This document shows positions 47,225 through 58,221 of a stretch of 64,000 bases of DNA, piece after piece (positions within the stretch are counted from its first letter, which is position 1; each line of letters begins with the position of its first letter). A model generated the notes under the pieces. It saw nothing but the letters and a program-made list of their open reading frames with translations. It was not told the DNA's origin and searched no databases. Origin of the DNA: an uncultured Bacilli bacterium (GTDB lineage Bacteria > Bacillota_I > Bacilli_A > RF39 > UBA660). The stretch is taken from positions 14,153 to 78,152 of the forward strand of contig CAKOXX010000004.1 of the NCBI GenBank assembly GCA_934130405.1, given 5' to 3'. A program made the position numbers and the translations under genes.

Positions 47225-48136
47225 ATGTCTTTTACAACTAAAGTTAAAGAAGAAATTGTAAATAAAAAATTAGCAGAAACAGAAAACTATTCCATATTAG
47301 CTGGTTTTGTTCGGAACAATGCAACTTGGAATGATGATAAATTGGAATTAATCAATGAAAATGAAAAGATAATAAATTATTTTAAAAATATTCTTGATAT
47401 GTTCAAAGAAATAAAATATGTAGAATATGCCAAAGACAGTAATAATTTTTCTAAAAATAATTTACATATCCTAGAAATTGTTGAAGGAAGCTCTTTTCTT
47501 TTGGATTTAGTTGCATATAAAAAAGAAGTACCACCTGATTATTTCTTTGATGGAAAATTAGAAACAAAAGCATATTTAAAAGGAGTGTTTTTAAATGGAG
47601 GAAGTATAAATGATCCTAAAACCTCTAGATATCATATGGAAATATTAATTGATTATCCAGAAGAAGCTGTTTTTGTTCAAAAAGTGTTAAACTCTTATAA
47701 TCTAAATATTAAAATGTTAAATAGAGATCGTAGTTATATGCTTTATTTGAAAGAAGCTGAGAAGATAAGTGATTTTCTAAAAATAGTAGATGCTAATAAT
47801 TCAGTCTTATATTATGAAGATGTAAGAATTTATCGGGATAAAAAGAACCAAACTAATAGATTAAATAATTGTGAACAAGCTAATACTGATAGAATTATTG
47901 CTAGTGCTTTAGAACAACTTAATCAAATAGAAATCCTAAAGAAAAATAATGCTATAGATTTACTTGATGACAAAACAAAAGAAGCTCTTTATTATCGTGA
48001 AAAATATAAAGAAGCTTCCTTAAAAGAATTAAGTGAAAAAATAGCTGTTGAGACAGGAAGATTTATATCTAAATCAGGTCTTAATCATCGCTTTCGAAAA
48101 ATAAAAGAATTAGCATCAAAGTTTATGATTGATTAG
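47225..48136 (+). CDS. whiA: Sporulation/cell-division regulator WhiA
   Basis: [11 protein letters not shown]-terminus, LAGLIDADG-derived middle domain, C-terminal HTH ([12 protein letters not shown]). Confidence 0.9.
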   Translation: MSFTTKVKEEIVNKKLAETENYSILAGFVRNNATWNDDKLELINENEKIINYFKNILDMFKEIKYVEYAKDSNNFSKNNLHILEIVEGSSFLLDLVAYKKEVPPDYFFDGKLETKAYLKGVFLNGGSINDPKTSRYHMEILIDYPEEAVFVQKVLNSYNLNIKMLNRDRSYMLYLKEAEKISDFLKIVDANNSVLYYEDVRIYRDKKNQTNRLNNCEQANTDRIIASALEQLNQIEILKKNNAIDLLDDKTKEALYYREKYKEASLKELSEKIAVETGRFISKSGLNHRFRKIKELASKFMID

Positions 48137-48704
48137 TGAGAATTTTATCAATTAAACCATAGTCTTTAGCATTATCGGCACTTAAATAATTATCTCTATC
48201 AGTGTCATTTTCAATTTGCTTAATAGATTTACCTGTATTTTTAGCAAGTATATCATTAAGCTTTTTCTTTGTATTTAAAATATGTTCTGCCGCTATTTTT
48301 ATTTCTGTTGCTTGTCCACTAGCTCCACCAAGTGGTTGATGAATCATCACCTCACTATTAGGAAGAGCATAGCGCTTCCCTTTTTTACCACTTGATAGTA
48401 AAAAAGCAGCCATCGATGCAGCTATACCAAGACAAATGGTAGAAACATCACTCTTTATGAAATTCATTGTATCATAAATGGCAAAGCCAGAAGTAACATT
48501 ACCTCCCGGAGAATTAATATAAATAGAAATATCATCATGACTTAATGAATCAAGATATAGTAATTCTGCTACTACAGTATTAGCTAGATTATCATCGATT
48601 TCTCCTGATAAAAGAATAATTCTATTTTTTAATAATCTAGAAAATATATCATAACTTCGCTCTCCACCAACTTCTTTATCTACTATCATAGGAATTAAAC
48701 TCAT
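48123..48704 (-). CDS. clpP: ATP-dependent Clp protease proteolytic subunit
   Basis: Catalytic Ser ([11 protein letters not shown]), His (MIHQP) and Asp (DTDRDNYL). Confidence 0.96.
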   Translation of the reverse strand: MSLIPMIVDKEVGGERSYDIFSRLLKNRIILLSGEIDDNLANTVVAELLYLDSLSHDDISIYINSPGGNVTSGFAIYDTMNFIKSDVSTICLGIAASMAAFLLSSGKKGKRYALPNSEVMIHQPLGGASGQATEIKIAAEHILNTKKKLNDILAKNTGKSIKQIENDTDRDNYLSADNAKDYGLIDKILTNQS

Positions 48705-48862
48705 TATTATCATTTCCTTTCCAATATTGCTATCTAAAATTACTATATCCAGTTATAGAAATAAATATTCTCTAAATTAAACTTTATATTTTGCGAATAA
48801 TTTACAAATTTACATTATAAACTTAAAATGATATAATGAATTAAGAATAAGAAGGTGGATTA

Positions 48863-50518
48863 ATGATAGAAGATGTTAAAGTTGTTATAAATGGAAAAAA
48901 AACAAAAGTTCCGATGGGAACAACTTTATTACAACTTAGTAAAAATTATACAAGTGACTATAGATTTCCTATCATAATAGCAAGAGTAGATAATACTTAT
49001 CGTGAGCTTAGTTATGCTATTCATGATGAATGTAATATTGAATTTTTTGATTTGAATTCAAGAGTTGGAAATAGAACGCATATAGCAGGTTTAACTTTTT
49101 TACTATTGGTTGCTGTTAAAGAATTATATGGTGAGAAAGCAAATATTATAGTACAACACTCTTTAGATAAAGGTATCTATATAGAAACAACATTTCCAAT
49201 TAGTGAAACATTAGTAAAATCAATTGCTAAAAAAATGGTTCAATTAGTAGAACAGAATTTAGATATAACTAAAGTTAGTGTTGAAAGAATAAGTGCCATT
49301 AAATATTTTGAAGCAATTAAAGATGAAGCAAAAGCCAATATCATGAAATATAATACTAATACCTATATAACCTTATATAGACTTGGTAGTTACTATAATT
49401 ATTTTTATCATTATATGCCAACCTCAACGGGACTTTTAAAAGATTTTAAATTAACTTATTTAAATGATAATGGTTTTATTTTACAATTTCCAACGGTGTA
49501 CTCTAAAAATATGATAAGTGAATATCAACATCATCCAAATATGTTTAAAGTCTTTAAAGAATGTCATGATTGGGCAAAACTTATGCACGTTTCTAATCTT
49601 TCAGAATTAAATAGTATTGTTTCAAAAGGCCAAGTTGAAGATTTAATAAGGATAGATGAGACATTGCAAAGTAATAGATTATTAGAAGTTGCTAAGACAA
49701 TAGTTGCTAATAAAAAAGATAAAAAAATTATTTTACTAGCAGGACCTTCATCAAGTGGAAAGACAACAACTACTAGAAAGTTATGTATGTTCTTAAGAAG
49801 TTTTGGATTGAATCCTAAAATGTTAAGTATGGATGATTACTTTGTGGAAAGAGATAAAACACCAGTAGATGAAAATGGTGAAAAAGATTATGAATGTTTT
49901 GAAGCAGTTGATCATCAATTACTTACCGAACAAGTAGCTTTATTATTAAAAGGAGAAACAGTAAAAACACCGGTATATAGTTTTATTGAAGGAAGTAAAG
50001 AATTTATTCGCGAATTGAAACTTGAAAAAAATGATATTCTTTTGATAGAAGGAATACATGCATTAAATCCAAAAGTGTTAGATACAATTCCTGCTAAGAA
50101 TAAATATAAAATATACTTATCTGCTTTAACAGAACTTAATATAGATTCTCATAATCGTTTTTCTACCACAGATAATCGCCTTTTAAGACGGATAATTAGG
50201 GATAGTAGAACTAGGGGATATGATGTAGTTGATACTATTGCTATTTGGCCTAAAGTAAGAGCAGGTGAAGAAAAATACATTTTTCCATACCAAGATGAAG
50301 CAGATTCTACAATTAATACAGCACTTATCTATGAGCTTGGTGTGTTAAAAACTTACGTTGAACCATTACTATATTCAGTAGATGAAGATTCTATTTATTA
50401 TGATGAAGCTAAAAGATTATTAAATTTATTTAGATTAATATTACCAATACCAAGTGAAGCAATACCAGCAGACTCTATCTTAAGAGAATTTGTTGGTGGA
50501 AGTTGCTTTCATGAATAA
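48863..50518 (+). CDS. Fusion of a ThrRS-N-terminal-like (TGS + second additional domain) region with a uridine/nucleoside kinase
   Basis: N-terminal beta-grasp-like VKVVINGKKTKVPMGTTLLQL. P-loop LAGPSSSGKTTT and a PRK/uridine-kinase-type C-terminal half. Confidence 0.78.
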   Translation: MIEDVKVVINGKKTKVPMGTTLLQLSKNYTSDYRFPIIIARVDNTYRELSYAIHDECNIEFFDLNSRVGNRTHIAGLTFLLLVAVKELYGEKANIIVQHSLDKGIYIETTFPISETLVKSIAKKMVQLVEQNLDITKVSVERISAIKYFEAIKDEAKANIMKYNTNTYITLYRLGSYYNYFYHYMPTSTGLLKDFKLTYLNDNGFILQFPTVYSKNMISEYQHHPNMFKVFKECHDWAKLMHVSNLSELNSIVSKGQVEDLIRIDETLQSNRLLEVAKTIVANKKDKKIILLAGPSSSGKTTTTRKLCMFLRSFGLNPKMLSMDDYFVERDKTPVDENGEKDYECFEAVDHQLLTEQVALLLKGETVKTPVYSFIEGSKEFIRELKLEKNDILLIEGIHALNPKVLDTIPAKNKYKIYLSALTELNIDSHNRFSTTDNRLLRRIIRDSRTRGYDVVDTIAIWPKVRAGEEKYIFPYQDEADSTINTALIYELGVLKTYVEPLLYSVDEDSIYYDEAKRLLNLFRLILPIPSEAIPADSILREFVGGSCFHE

Positions 50519-50560
50519 AAAATCTATTAGGGAAAGACTTATTCTCTAATAGATTTTTCT
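50517..50560. terminator. Bidirectional terminator between the convergent kinase and phosphoketolase genes
   Basis: AAAAATCTATTAG...CTAATAGATTTTT long inverted repeat. Confidence 0.75.
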
Positions 50561-50561
50561 T

Positions 50562-52919
50562 TTAAAATAATACTTCAATTTCTTTATCAATATCATGCCA
50601 AGTAAAGTTTCTAACTTCTTCCATGTCTTCACCGTATTCTCTAATGTAGTTATTATGTTTAATTAACATATCTTTGCACCATTCGTATGATGGAGTAGCT
50701 CTATTACCTAGTTGGGGTAAGTATTTTAAAGCATCCATTACTAAATGATATCTATCTATTTTGTTTTGAACGCGCATATCAAATGGAGTAGTAATAGTTC
50801 CTTCTTCGATATAGCCATGAACATGAAGATTGTCATTTTCTCTTTTATAAGTTAATTGATGAATTAAAGATGGGTATCCATGGAAAGCAAAGATAATAGG
50901 TTTATCTTTGGTAAATAACATATTGTAATCTTGATTAGTTAATCCATGTGGATGTTCTAAATTAGATTGAAGTTTCATTAAATCAACTACATTTACACAG
51001 CGGATTTTAATTTCTGGGAAGAATTGATGTAGAATAGAAATCGCTGCTAAAGTTTCAAGAGTTGGTGTATCACCACAACAAGCCATTACGATATCAGGAC
51101 TGGCGCCTTTATCATTACTGGCCCAAGTAAATATTCCAATACCTTTACTACAGTGATTTATAGCTTCATCCATATTTAACCACTGGATACTTGGATGTTT
51201 AGAAGCAACAATAACATTTATATAATTTTTACTCTTAATACAATGGTTGCAAGTAGAAAGTAAACAGTTAGCATCTGGAGGTAAATAAATTCTAGCAATA
51301 TCAGCTTTTTTTGTAGCAATATGATTTAGAAAACCAGGGTCTTGATGTGTATAACCGTTATGGTCTTGTTGCCAAATATGAGAAGCTAATAAATAGTTAA
51401 GAGATGATATACTTCTACGCCAATCAAGTTGTTTACAGACTTTTAACCATTTGGCATGTTGACTAGTCATCGAATCAACGATTCTAACGAAGGCTTCATA
51501 AGTATCAAAAATTCCATGTCTTCCAGTTAAAATGTAACCTTCTAGCATTCCTTCGCAGACATGCTCTGATAAGAAGGAATCAATTACTTGACCATTATGA
51601 TTTAAATATTCATCATTTGCTAATATTTTAGCATTAAATTGGCGATTAGTAGTTTCAAATACAGCATTTAAACGATTAGATAAAGCTTCATCAGGACCAA
51701 ATATTCTAAAGTTTTTATTCTTTTTAATAACATCTTCTAAGAAATAACCTAAGACCTTTGTATCTTGTTCTTTTACTTCACCATGATTTTTGATGTCAAC
51801 TTTATAATTTCTGAAATCAGGTAAGTTTAGTTCTTTTAATAAAAGACCTCCATTGGCATATGGGTTAGCCCCCATTCTTCTATTACCTTTAGGCGCCATT
51901 TCCTTTAATTCATCTTTAATAGAACCATCTTCATTAAAAATTTCTTCCGGTTTATAACTTTTTAGCCAGTTTTCTAGGATATCAATGTGTTCCATATGAT
52001 CTTGATCTATTGGAACTGGTACTTGGTGAGCTCTAAATGTTCCTTCAATTTGTGCACCTTGAAACATTTTAGGACCAGTCCAACCTTTAGGAGTTTTTAG
52101 AATAATCATTGGCCATTTTTGATTGTCTGTTGATTTTTCATTTTTAATTTTTTTAATCTTCCTAATAGTTTTATCTAAAGCTTTTGCCATTTCATCATGA
52201 AGTACCATTGAATCGTTTCCTTCAATATAAATTGGGTCGTATCCATAACCATCAAAGAGATTAAATAACTCATCTTTTGGAATTCTATCAAGAATAGTAG
52301 GATTAGCTATTTTATAACCATTTAAATTTAAAATTGGCAAAACTACTCCATCAGTTTCGGGATTAATAAGTTTATTACAATGCCAAGAAGTAGCCAAAGG
52401 ACCAGTTTCAGCTTCGCCGTCACCAACAACGACAGCAGCAATTAAATCAGGATTATCTAAAACTGCTCCAAAGGCATGAGCAAGACTGTAACCTAATTCG
52501 CCACCTTCATTGATGGATCCAGGTGTTTCAGGAGCAACGTGTGAAGAAATTCCTCCAGGAAAACTAAATTGTTTAAATAATCTTTTTAAACCTTCTTCAT
52601 CTTGAGAAATATTAGGATATATTTCAGAATAAGTTCCTTCTAAATATACATTAGAAACAATAGCATTACCACCATGACCTGGTCCTGAGATATAAATCAT
52701 ATTTAAATCGTATTTTTTGATAATTCTATTTAAATGTGTATAAATAAAATTTTGAGTTGGCACTGTGCCCCAATGACCAACTACTTTCTTTTTTAAGTCA
52801 TTTTTTTCAAGTGGTCTTTTTAGTAGAGGATTGTTCTTTAAATAAAGTTGTCCAACTGATAAATAATTTGCTGCATTAAAATATCTATTTATTAAATCTT
52901 TTTCTCTTTCTGTAAGCAT
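50562..52919 (-). CDS. xfp: Xylulose-5-phosphate/fructose-6-phosphate phosphoketolase
   Basis: 785 aa with phosphoketolase signatures EGGELGY and GHWGT, plus the ThDP-binding GDGEAETG. Confidence 0.93.
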   Translation of the reverse strand: MLTEREKDLINRYFNAANYLSVGQLYLKNNPLLKRPLEKNDLKKKVVGHWGTVPTQNFIYTHLNRIIKKYDLNMIYISGPGHGGNAIVSNVYLEGTYSEIYPNISQDEEGLKRLFKQFSFPGGISSHVAPETPGSINEGGELGYSLAHAFGAVLDNPDLIAAVVVGDGEAETGPLATSWHCNKLINPETDGVVLPILNLNGYKIANPTILDRIPKDELFNLFDGYGYDPIYIEGNDSMVLHDEMAKALDKTIRKIKKIKNEKSTDNQKWPMIILKTPKGWTGPKMFQGAQIEGTFRAHQVPVPIDQDHMEHIDILENWLKSYKPEEIFNEDGSIKDELKEMAPKGNRRMGANPYANGGLLLKELNLPDFRNYKVDIKNHGEVKEQDTKVLGYFLEDVIKKNKNFRIFGPDEALSNRLNAVFETTNRQFNAKILANDEYLNHNGQVIDSFLSEHVCEGMLEGYILTGRHGIFDTYEAFVRIVDSMTSQHAKWLKVCKQLDWRRSISSLNYLLASHIWQQDHNGYTHQDPGFLNHIATKKADIARIYLPPDANCLLSTCNHCIKSKNYINVIVASKHPSIQWLNMDEAINHCSKGIGIFTWASNDKGASPDIVMACCGDTPTLETLAAISILHQFFPEIKIRCVNVVDLMKLQSNLEHPHGLTNQDYNMLFTKDKPIIFAFHGYPSLIHQLTYKRENDNLHVHGYIEEGTITTPFDMRVQNKIDRYHLVMDALKYLPQLGNRATPSYEWCKDMLIKHNNYIREYGEDMEEVRNFTWHDIDKEIEVLF

Positions 52920-53034
52920 TTATAAGCCTCCTATTCTTCTTCATTATAAGATAAAAAAATAGTTTTAACAATTGTAAACTAGAAAAAAGTATTTTTTAGA
53001 AAAAACTGGTGTCAATAATTTTTGAAAAATATGT

Positions 53035-53063
53035 TTGACAAAGCTATAATCTGATGTTATATT
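53035..53063 (+). promoter_or_regulatory. Sigma-A-type promoter of the str operon
   Basis: TTGACA, 17 nt, TATATT. About a 100-nt leader. Confidence 0.65.
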
Positions 53064-53163
53064 ATAACTGCTGATTAAATTTAATTTTGTTGAGAGACAA
53101 AATTTTATTTAAAAGTTAAAATGATACACCCGGATATGTGTAAAGAAAGGAGATATATTTTAT

Positions 53164-53574
53164 ATGCCTACAGTTCAACAATTGGTACGTAAAGGAAGAG
53201 GAAAAAAAGTTCGTAAGAGCAAGGCTCCAGTATTAGGTGTTGGTGTTAATACTATTCGTAGAAAATCAACAAGTAATCCATCACCACAAAAGCGTGGAGT
53301 ATGTACTCGTGTAGGAACTAAAACACCAAAGAAACCAAACTCAGCTTTAAGAAAATATGCTCGTGTTCGTTTATCAAATGGAAAAGAAGTAGATACTTAT
53401 ATTCCAGGTATTGGACATAACTTACAAGAGCACAGTGTTGTACTAGTACGTGGAGGACGTGTTAAGGACTTAATCGGAGTTCGTTATCACATCGTTCGTG
53501 GTACACTAGATACTGCTGGAGTAAAAGATAGAAAACAAGGTCGTAGTAAATATGGTGCTAAACGCCCTAAGTAA
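53164..53574 (+). CDS. rpsL: 30S ribosomal protein S12
   Basis: [21 protein letters not shown] and GGRVKDL.GVRYH motifs. Confidence 0.97.
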   Translation: MPTVQQLVRKGRGKKVRKSKAPVLGVGVNTIRRKSTSNPSPQKRGVCTRVGTKTPKKPNSALRKYARVRLSNGKEVDTYIPGIGHNLQEHSVVLVRGGRVKDLIGVRYHIVRGTLDTAGVKDRKQGRSKYGAKRPK

Positions 53575-53607
53575 AATTAATATTAGTATTGAAAGGAGGA
53601 AATCAAT

Positions 53608-54075
53608 ATGCGTAAAAGACGCGCTGTAAAAAGAGATGTTTTACCAGATCCTATATATAAATCTAAGACAGTAGCAAAATTAATAAATACTATTATGTTA
53701 GATGGTAAAAAAGGAACTGCTCAAACAATTCTTTATGAAGCATTTGATATAGTAAAACAAAAAACTGGTCGTGATCCACTTGAAGTCTTCAATGAAGCAA
53801 TGGATAATATCAGACCAGCACTAGAAGTTAAGTCACGTCGTGTTGGAGGAGCTAACTATCAAGTACCTCAAGAAGTAACACCTCGTCGTGCTGAAGCCTT
53901 AGCACTTCGTTGGTTAGTTAAATATTCTCGTCTTCGTGGAGGACGTGGAATGGCTGATAATTTAGCTAACGAAATAATTGATGCTGCAAATGGAACAGGA
54001 GCAGCTGTTAAGAAAAAAGAAGATACTCACAGAATGGCAGAAGCCAACAAAGCTTATGCACATTATCGTTGGTAG
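53608..54075 (+). CDS. rpsG: 30S ribosomal protein S7
   Basis: Typical S7 sequence. Follows rpsL. Confidence 0.97.
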   Translation: MRKRRAVKRDVLPDPIYKSKTVAKLINTIMLDGKKGTAQTILYEAFDIVKQKTGRDPLEVFNEAMDNIRPALEVKSRRVGGANYQVPQEVTPRRAEALALRWLVKYSRLRGGRGMADNLANEIIDAANGTGAAVKKKEDTHRMAEANKAYAHYRW

Positions 54076-54087
54076 AAAGGATAATAT

Positions 54088-56157
54088 ATGGCAAGAGATA
54101 CGTCTTTAGATAAGACAAGAAATTTTGGAATTATGGCACATATTGATGCCGGAAAAACAACTACTACAGAACGTATATTATTCCATGGTGGAAATATCCA
54201 TAAAATTGGAGAAACTCACGATGGAGCTAGCCAAATGGACTGGATGGAGCAAGAAAAAGAACGTGGTATTACTATCACTTCTGCTGCTACAACAGTTCAC
54301 TGGAAAGGATATCGTTACAATATCATTGATACTCCAGGACACGTAGACTTCACTATTGAAGTTAGCCGTAGTTTAAGAGTACTTGATGGATCAGTTGCTT
54401 TGTTAGATGCTCAAGCTGGTGTTGAACCACAAATGGAAACAGTTTGGCGTCAAGCTGATGAATTTATGGTACCTAGAATTATTTTTGCTAACAAAATGGG
54501 TAAAATGGGCGCAGACTTTAGCTACAGTCTTAAATCTATTAAAGATCGTTTAGGAGTTAATGCAAAGCCTATTGAATGGCCAATTGGAGCAGAAGATGAT
54601 TTTAGAGGTGTTATTGATTTAGTTACTAAAAAAGCAATTGAATTTGATGGAAAACCAGAAGAAGATGCTAAGGAAATAGAAATTCCTGCTGATTTAAAAG
54701 ATTTAGTTGAAGAAAAGCATGCTGAACTTATCGATGCAGTAGCTGAATTCGATGATGAAATGATGGAAACTTACCTTGATGGTGGAGAAGTTACAGAAGA
54801 AATGATTAAAAGAGCTATCCGTAAAGGTTGCCTTGCTACTAAATTCTTCCCAGTTATGTGTGGAGATGCTTTAGGAAACAAAGGTATTAAACCATTAATG
54901 GATGCTGTTATCGATTATTTACCTAGTCCATTAGATATTGCTTCTATTAAAGGACATAATTTAAAAGGAGAAGAAGAGACTCGTCATCCAAGTGATTCTG
55001 AACCTTTCAGTGCTTTAGCATTTAAGGTTATGACAGATCCATTTGTTGGACGTTTAACATTCTTCCGTGTTTATTCAGGACATCTATCAAGTGGTAGTTA
55101 TGTTTTAAACTCTACAAAAGATAGTAAAGAAAGAATTGGTCGTATTTTACAAATGCATGCTAATACTCGTAAAGAGATTACTGATGTATACACAGGAGAT
55201 ATTGCTGCTGCTGTAGGACTTAAGAATACAACAACTGGTGATACTTTATGTGATGAAAAGAAACCAATTATTCTTGAAAAATTATCAGTTCCTGAACCAG
55301 TTATTCAATTAGCTGTTGAGCCTAAGAGTAAAGCAGATCAAGACAAAATGGCTTTGGCTTTACAAAAATTAGCTGAAGAAGATCCTACATTTAAAGTTCA
55401 TACAGATCATGAAACAGGTCAAACTGTTATTGCTGGTATGGGTGAATTACACTTAGATGTATTAGTTGATCGTATGAAGCGTGAATTCCACGTTGAAGCT
55501 AATGTTGGTGCTCCACAAGTTGCTTATCGTGAAACAATTAAGCAATCTGCTGATTGTGAAGGTAAATATATTAAACAATCTGGTGGTCGTGGACAATATG
55601 GACACGTTTGGGTTAAGTTTGAGCCTAATCCAGATAAAGGATATGAATTTGTTGACCAAATCGTTGGTGGAGTTGTTCCTCGTGAATATATTCCAGTAGT
55701 AGATAAAGGTTTACAAGAAGCTATGCAAACTGGTATTTTAGCAGGATATCCTATGATTGATGTTAAAGCTACATTATTTGATGGTTCATACCATGATGTA
55801 GACTCTAACGAAATGGCTTTCAAAATTGCTGCATCTATGGCATTAAAAGAAGCTAAAAATAAATGTAATGCTGTTTTACTAGAGCCAATTATGAAAGTTG
55901 ATGTAACTACACCAGATGAATATTTTGGTAATGTTATGGGAGACTTAACAAGTCGTCGTGGTAGACCACTTGGACAAGAGAGTACTGGAAATGCAGTAAA
56001 ATTATCTGCTATGGTACCACTTTCTGAAATGTTTGGTTATGCTACTAACTTACGTAGTAATACTCAAGGAAGAGGAAACTTTGTTATGACATTTGACCAT
56101 TATGAAGAAGTTCCAAGAAACATTGCAGAAGAAATAATTAAAAAGAGTGGAAATTAA
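54088..56157 (+). CDS. fusA: Elongation factor G
   Basis: [10 protein letters not shown]1 motif, DTPGHVDF G3 motif, 689 aa. Confidence 0.97.
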   Translation: MARDTSLDKTRNFGIMAHIDAGKTTTTERILFHGGNIHKIGETHDGASQMDWMEQEKERGITITSAATTVHWKGYRYNIIDTPGHVDFTIEVSRSLRVLDGSVALLDAQAGVEPQMETVWRQADEFMVPRIIFANKMGKMGADFSYSLKSIKDRLGVNAKPIEWPIGAEDDFRGVIDLVTKKAIEFDGKPEEDAKEIEIPADLKDLVEEKHAELIDAVAEFDDEMMETYLDGGEVTEEMIKRAIRKGCLATKFFPVMCGDALGNKGIKPLMDAVIDYLPSPLDIASIKGHNLKGEEETRHPSDSEPFSALAFKVMTDPFVGRLTFFRVYSGHLSSGSYVLNSTKDSKERIGRILQMHANTRKEITDVYTGDIAAAVGLKNTTTGDTLCDEKKPIILEKLSVPEPVIQLAVEPKSKADQDKMALALQKLAEEDPTFKVHTDHETGQTVIAGMGELHLDVLVDRMKREFHVEANVGAPQVAYRETIKQSADCEGKYIKQSGGRGQYGHVWVKFEPNPDKGYEFVDQIVGGVVPREYIPVVDKGLQEAMQTGILAGYPMIDVKATLFDGSYHDVDSNEMAFKIAASMALKEAKNKCNAVLLEPIMKVDVTTPDEYFGNVMGDLTSRRGRPLGQESTGNAVKLSAMVPLSEMFGYATNLRSNTQGRGNFVMTFDHYEEVPRNIAEEIIKKSGN

Positions 56158-56249
56158 TTTAAACTCTTAAAAAATAGTTCTAAACAGTTGCAAATTTGTA
56201 AATTGTTAGATAAAATAAATATTGAACAAAAAAAGGAGGAAATTTAATT

Positions 56250-57440
56250 ATGGCAAAACAAAAATTTGATCGTTCAAAACCACATGTTAACATTGGTACA
56301 ATTGGACACGTAGATCATGGTAAAACTACTTTAACTGCAGCTATTACTAAATGTTTACATGATAAGAACCCTGAATGGGCTGATTTCACTGATTATGCAA
56401 ACATTGATAAAGCTCCAGAAGAAAGAGAACGTGGAATTACTATTAATACTTCACACGTTGAATATCAAACTGAAAATCGTCACTATGCACACGTTGACTG
56501 CCCAGGACATGCTGACTATGTTAAAAACATGATTACTGGTGCTGCTCAAATGGATGGAGCAATCTTAGTTATTGCTGCTACTGATGGTGCTATGGCTCAA
56601 ACTCGTGAACATATCTTATTATCACGTCAAGTTGGAGTACCTCGTATGGTTGTATTCTTAAACAAATGTGATATGGTTGATGATCCTGAGTTAATCGATT
56701 TAGTAGAAATGGAAGTTCGTGACTTATTAAATGAATATGGTTACGAAGGAGATGAAACTCCAATCATTAAGGGTTCTGCTCTTAAAGCTCTTGAAGGAGA
56801 ACAAAAGTATGTTGATGCTATCTATGAATTAATGGATGCTGTTGATACTTGGATTCCTACTCCAGAACGTGATAACGACAAACCATTCTTAATGAGTATT
56901 GAAGATGTATTCACAATCACTGGTCGTGGTACAGTTGTTACTGGACGTGTTGAACGTGGACAATTAAAACTTAATGATGAAGTTGAAATCGTTGGTATTA
57001 AACCAACTCAAAAGACTGTTGTTACAGGAATTGAAATGTTCCGTAAGCAATTAGACTTCGCTGAAGCAGGAGATAATGCTGGTGTATTATTACGTGGTAT
57101 TTCTCGTGAACAAGTTGAACGTGGACAAGTTCTTGCTAAACCAGGAAGTGTTCATCCACATCACCAATTCAAAGCTGAAGTATATGTACTAAGCAAAGAA
57201 GAAGGTGGACGTCATACACCATTCTTCTCAAATTATCGTCCTCAATTCTATTTCAGAACTACAGACGTAACTGGTGTTATTACATTACCTGAAGGTGTTG
57301 AAATGGTTATGCCAGGAGACAATGTTTCAATGGATGTTGAGTTAATTCACCCAATTGCTATTGAAAAAGGTACTAAGTTCTCTATCCGTGAAGGTGGACG
57401 TACTGTTGGTGCTGGTGTTGTTTCTGAAATCGAAGGATAA
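56250..57440 (+). CDS. tuf: Elongation factor Tu
   Basis: [14 protein letters not shown] and NKCD motifs. Confidence 0.98.
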   Translation: MAKQKFDRSKPHVNIGTIGHVDHGKTTLTAAITKCLHDKNPEWADFTDYANIDKAPEERERGITINTSHVEYQTENRHYAHVDCPGHADYVKNMITGAAQMDGAILVIAATDGAMAQTREHILLSRQVGVPRMVVFLNKCDMVDDPELIDLVEMEVRDLLNEYGYEGDETPIIKGSALKALEGEQKYVDAIYELMDAVDTWIPTPERDNDKPFLMSIEDVFTITGRGTVVTGRVERGQLKLNDEVEIVGIKPTQKTVVTGIEMFRKQLDFAEAGDNAGVLLRGISREQVERGQVLAKPGSVHPHHQFKAEVYVLSKEEGGRHTPFFSNYRPQFYFRTTDVTGVITLPEGVEMVMPGDNVSMDVELIHPIAIEKGTKFSIREGGRTVGAGVVSEIEG

Positions 57441-57453
57441 TAACAACATAATT

Positions 57454-57496
57454 AAAACTGTAAAATCAAGCAATTTGATTTTTACAGTTTTTTTTG
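57454..57496 (+). terminator. Rho-independent terminator after tuf
   Basis: AAAACTGTAAAATCAA...TTGATTTTTACAGTTTT stem followed by a T-run. Confidence 0.8.
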
Positions 57497-57526
57497 TTAT
57501 TATTAACTATACTAGGGTGTGATGAT

Positions 57527-58156
57527 ATGAAAAATATTAAACATAAAAAAGAAATATTATTAGTATTATTGGGAGTAATTTTGATATTGACTGGTGCATA
57601 TCTTACTGCAAAAGCTTCTAATAAGGAGATTGCAAAACCAGTTCCAAAAAAAGAAGAAACTTTAAAAGTTAATGGTCAGGTGATAAATTTAAAATTATAT
57701 CGTGTTGATAAATCATTCTTTTTGCAGATTCCTGATGATTTTGTAGCAGTAACTGGAGATGCTTTAAATCAAAAATATGGTACTAGTGCAAGGGCAGAAC
57801 TTATTTTTGAAAGTAGAGATGATTTAACGCATATTTCTGTTACTAGAGGGAAAGATGATGTAGCAGAGGAATCATTAGCTAGTTATATAGAAACCTTTAA
57901 AAACAATATGGTTGGTTATACCGATGTTAAATTTGAAACATATCAAAAATATGGAAAAAACTTTGCAAGAATAGTAGCAACGAGTACTGATGAATCATCT
58001 AAATATTATGATATAAGATATTTTATATTAGATAATAAACTAGTAACAGTAGAATTTTATACAACAATTAATCAAAAAACAGAATGGGAAAAAGTTAGTA
58101 AAAAAATTCTAGATAGTATTTGTTTTGATGAAGAAGATATTAAAGATAAGAATTAA
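57527..58156 (+). CDS. Membrane-anchored protein of unknown function
   Basis: N-terminal TM anchor (ILLVLLGVILILTGAYL) and a ~175-aa extracytoplasmic domain with no motif I recognise. Confidence 0.5.
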   Translation: MKNIKHKKEILLVLLGVILILTGAYLTAKASNKEIAKPVPKKEETLKVNGQVINLKLYRVDKSFFLQIPDDFVAVTGDALNQKYGTSARAELIFESRDDLTHISVTRGKDDVAEESLASYIETFKNNMVGYTDVKFETYQKYGKNFARIVATSTDESSKYYDIRYFILDNKLVTVEFYTTINQKTEWEKVSKKILDSICFDEEDIKDKN

Positions 58157-58221
58157 ATCTTGTCTTTTTAATTTTTAGAAAAGAAAAAAATGTAATACTC
58201 TAAATTACACTTTTTATTAAA

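Noticed and set aside
48714-48862. Searched for a CtsR operator (tandem GGTCAAA heptads) upstream of clpP
   Set aside because: No TTTGACC/GGTCAAA repeat is present on either strand of the spacer.
55521-55536. parS-like sequence TGCTTATCGTGAAACA inside fusA
   Set aside because: It matches the TGTTTCACGTGAAACA consensus at only 13 of 16 positions, with a broken palindrome, and lies within a conserved coding region. I found no better parS anywhere in the window, including inside spo0J.
55462-55823. Several 65-99-aa ORFs on both strands inside fusA
   Set aside because: They are out-of-frame or antisense to EF-G, with no independent signals. The same applies to 54125-54346, 61137-61508 (in eno), 62635-62880 (opposite secE), 41865-42056 and 43803-44003 (in uvrA), 58764-59067 (in the Fem gene), and 1904-2119, 2598-2849, 3430-3630 and 8428-8610.
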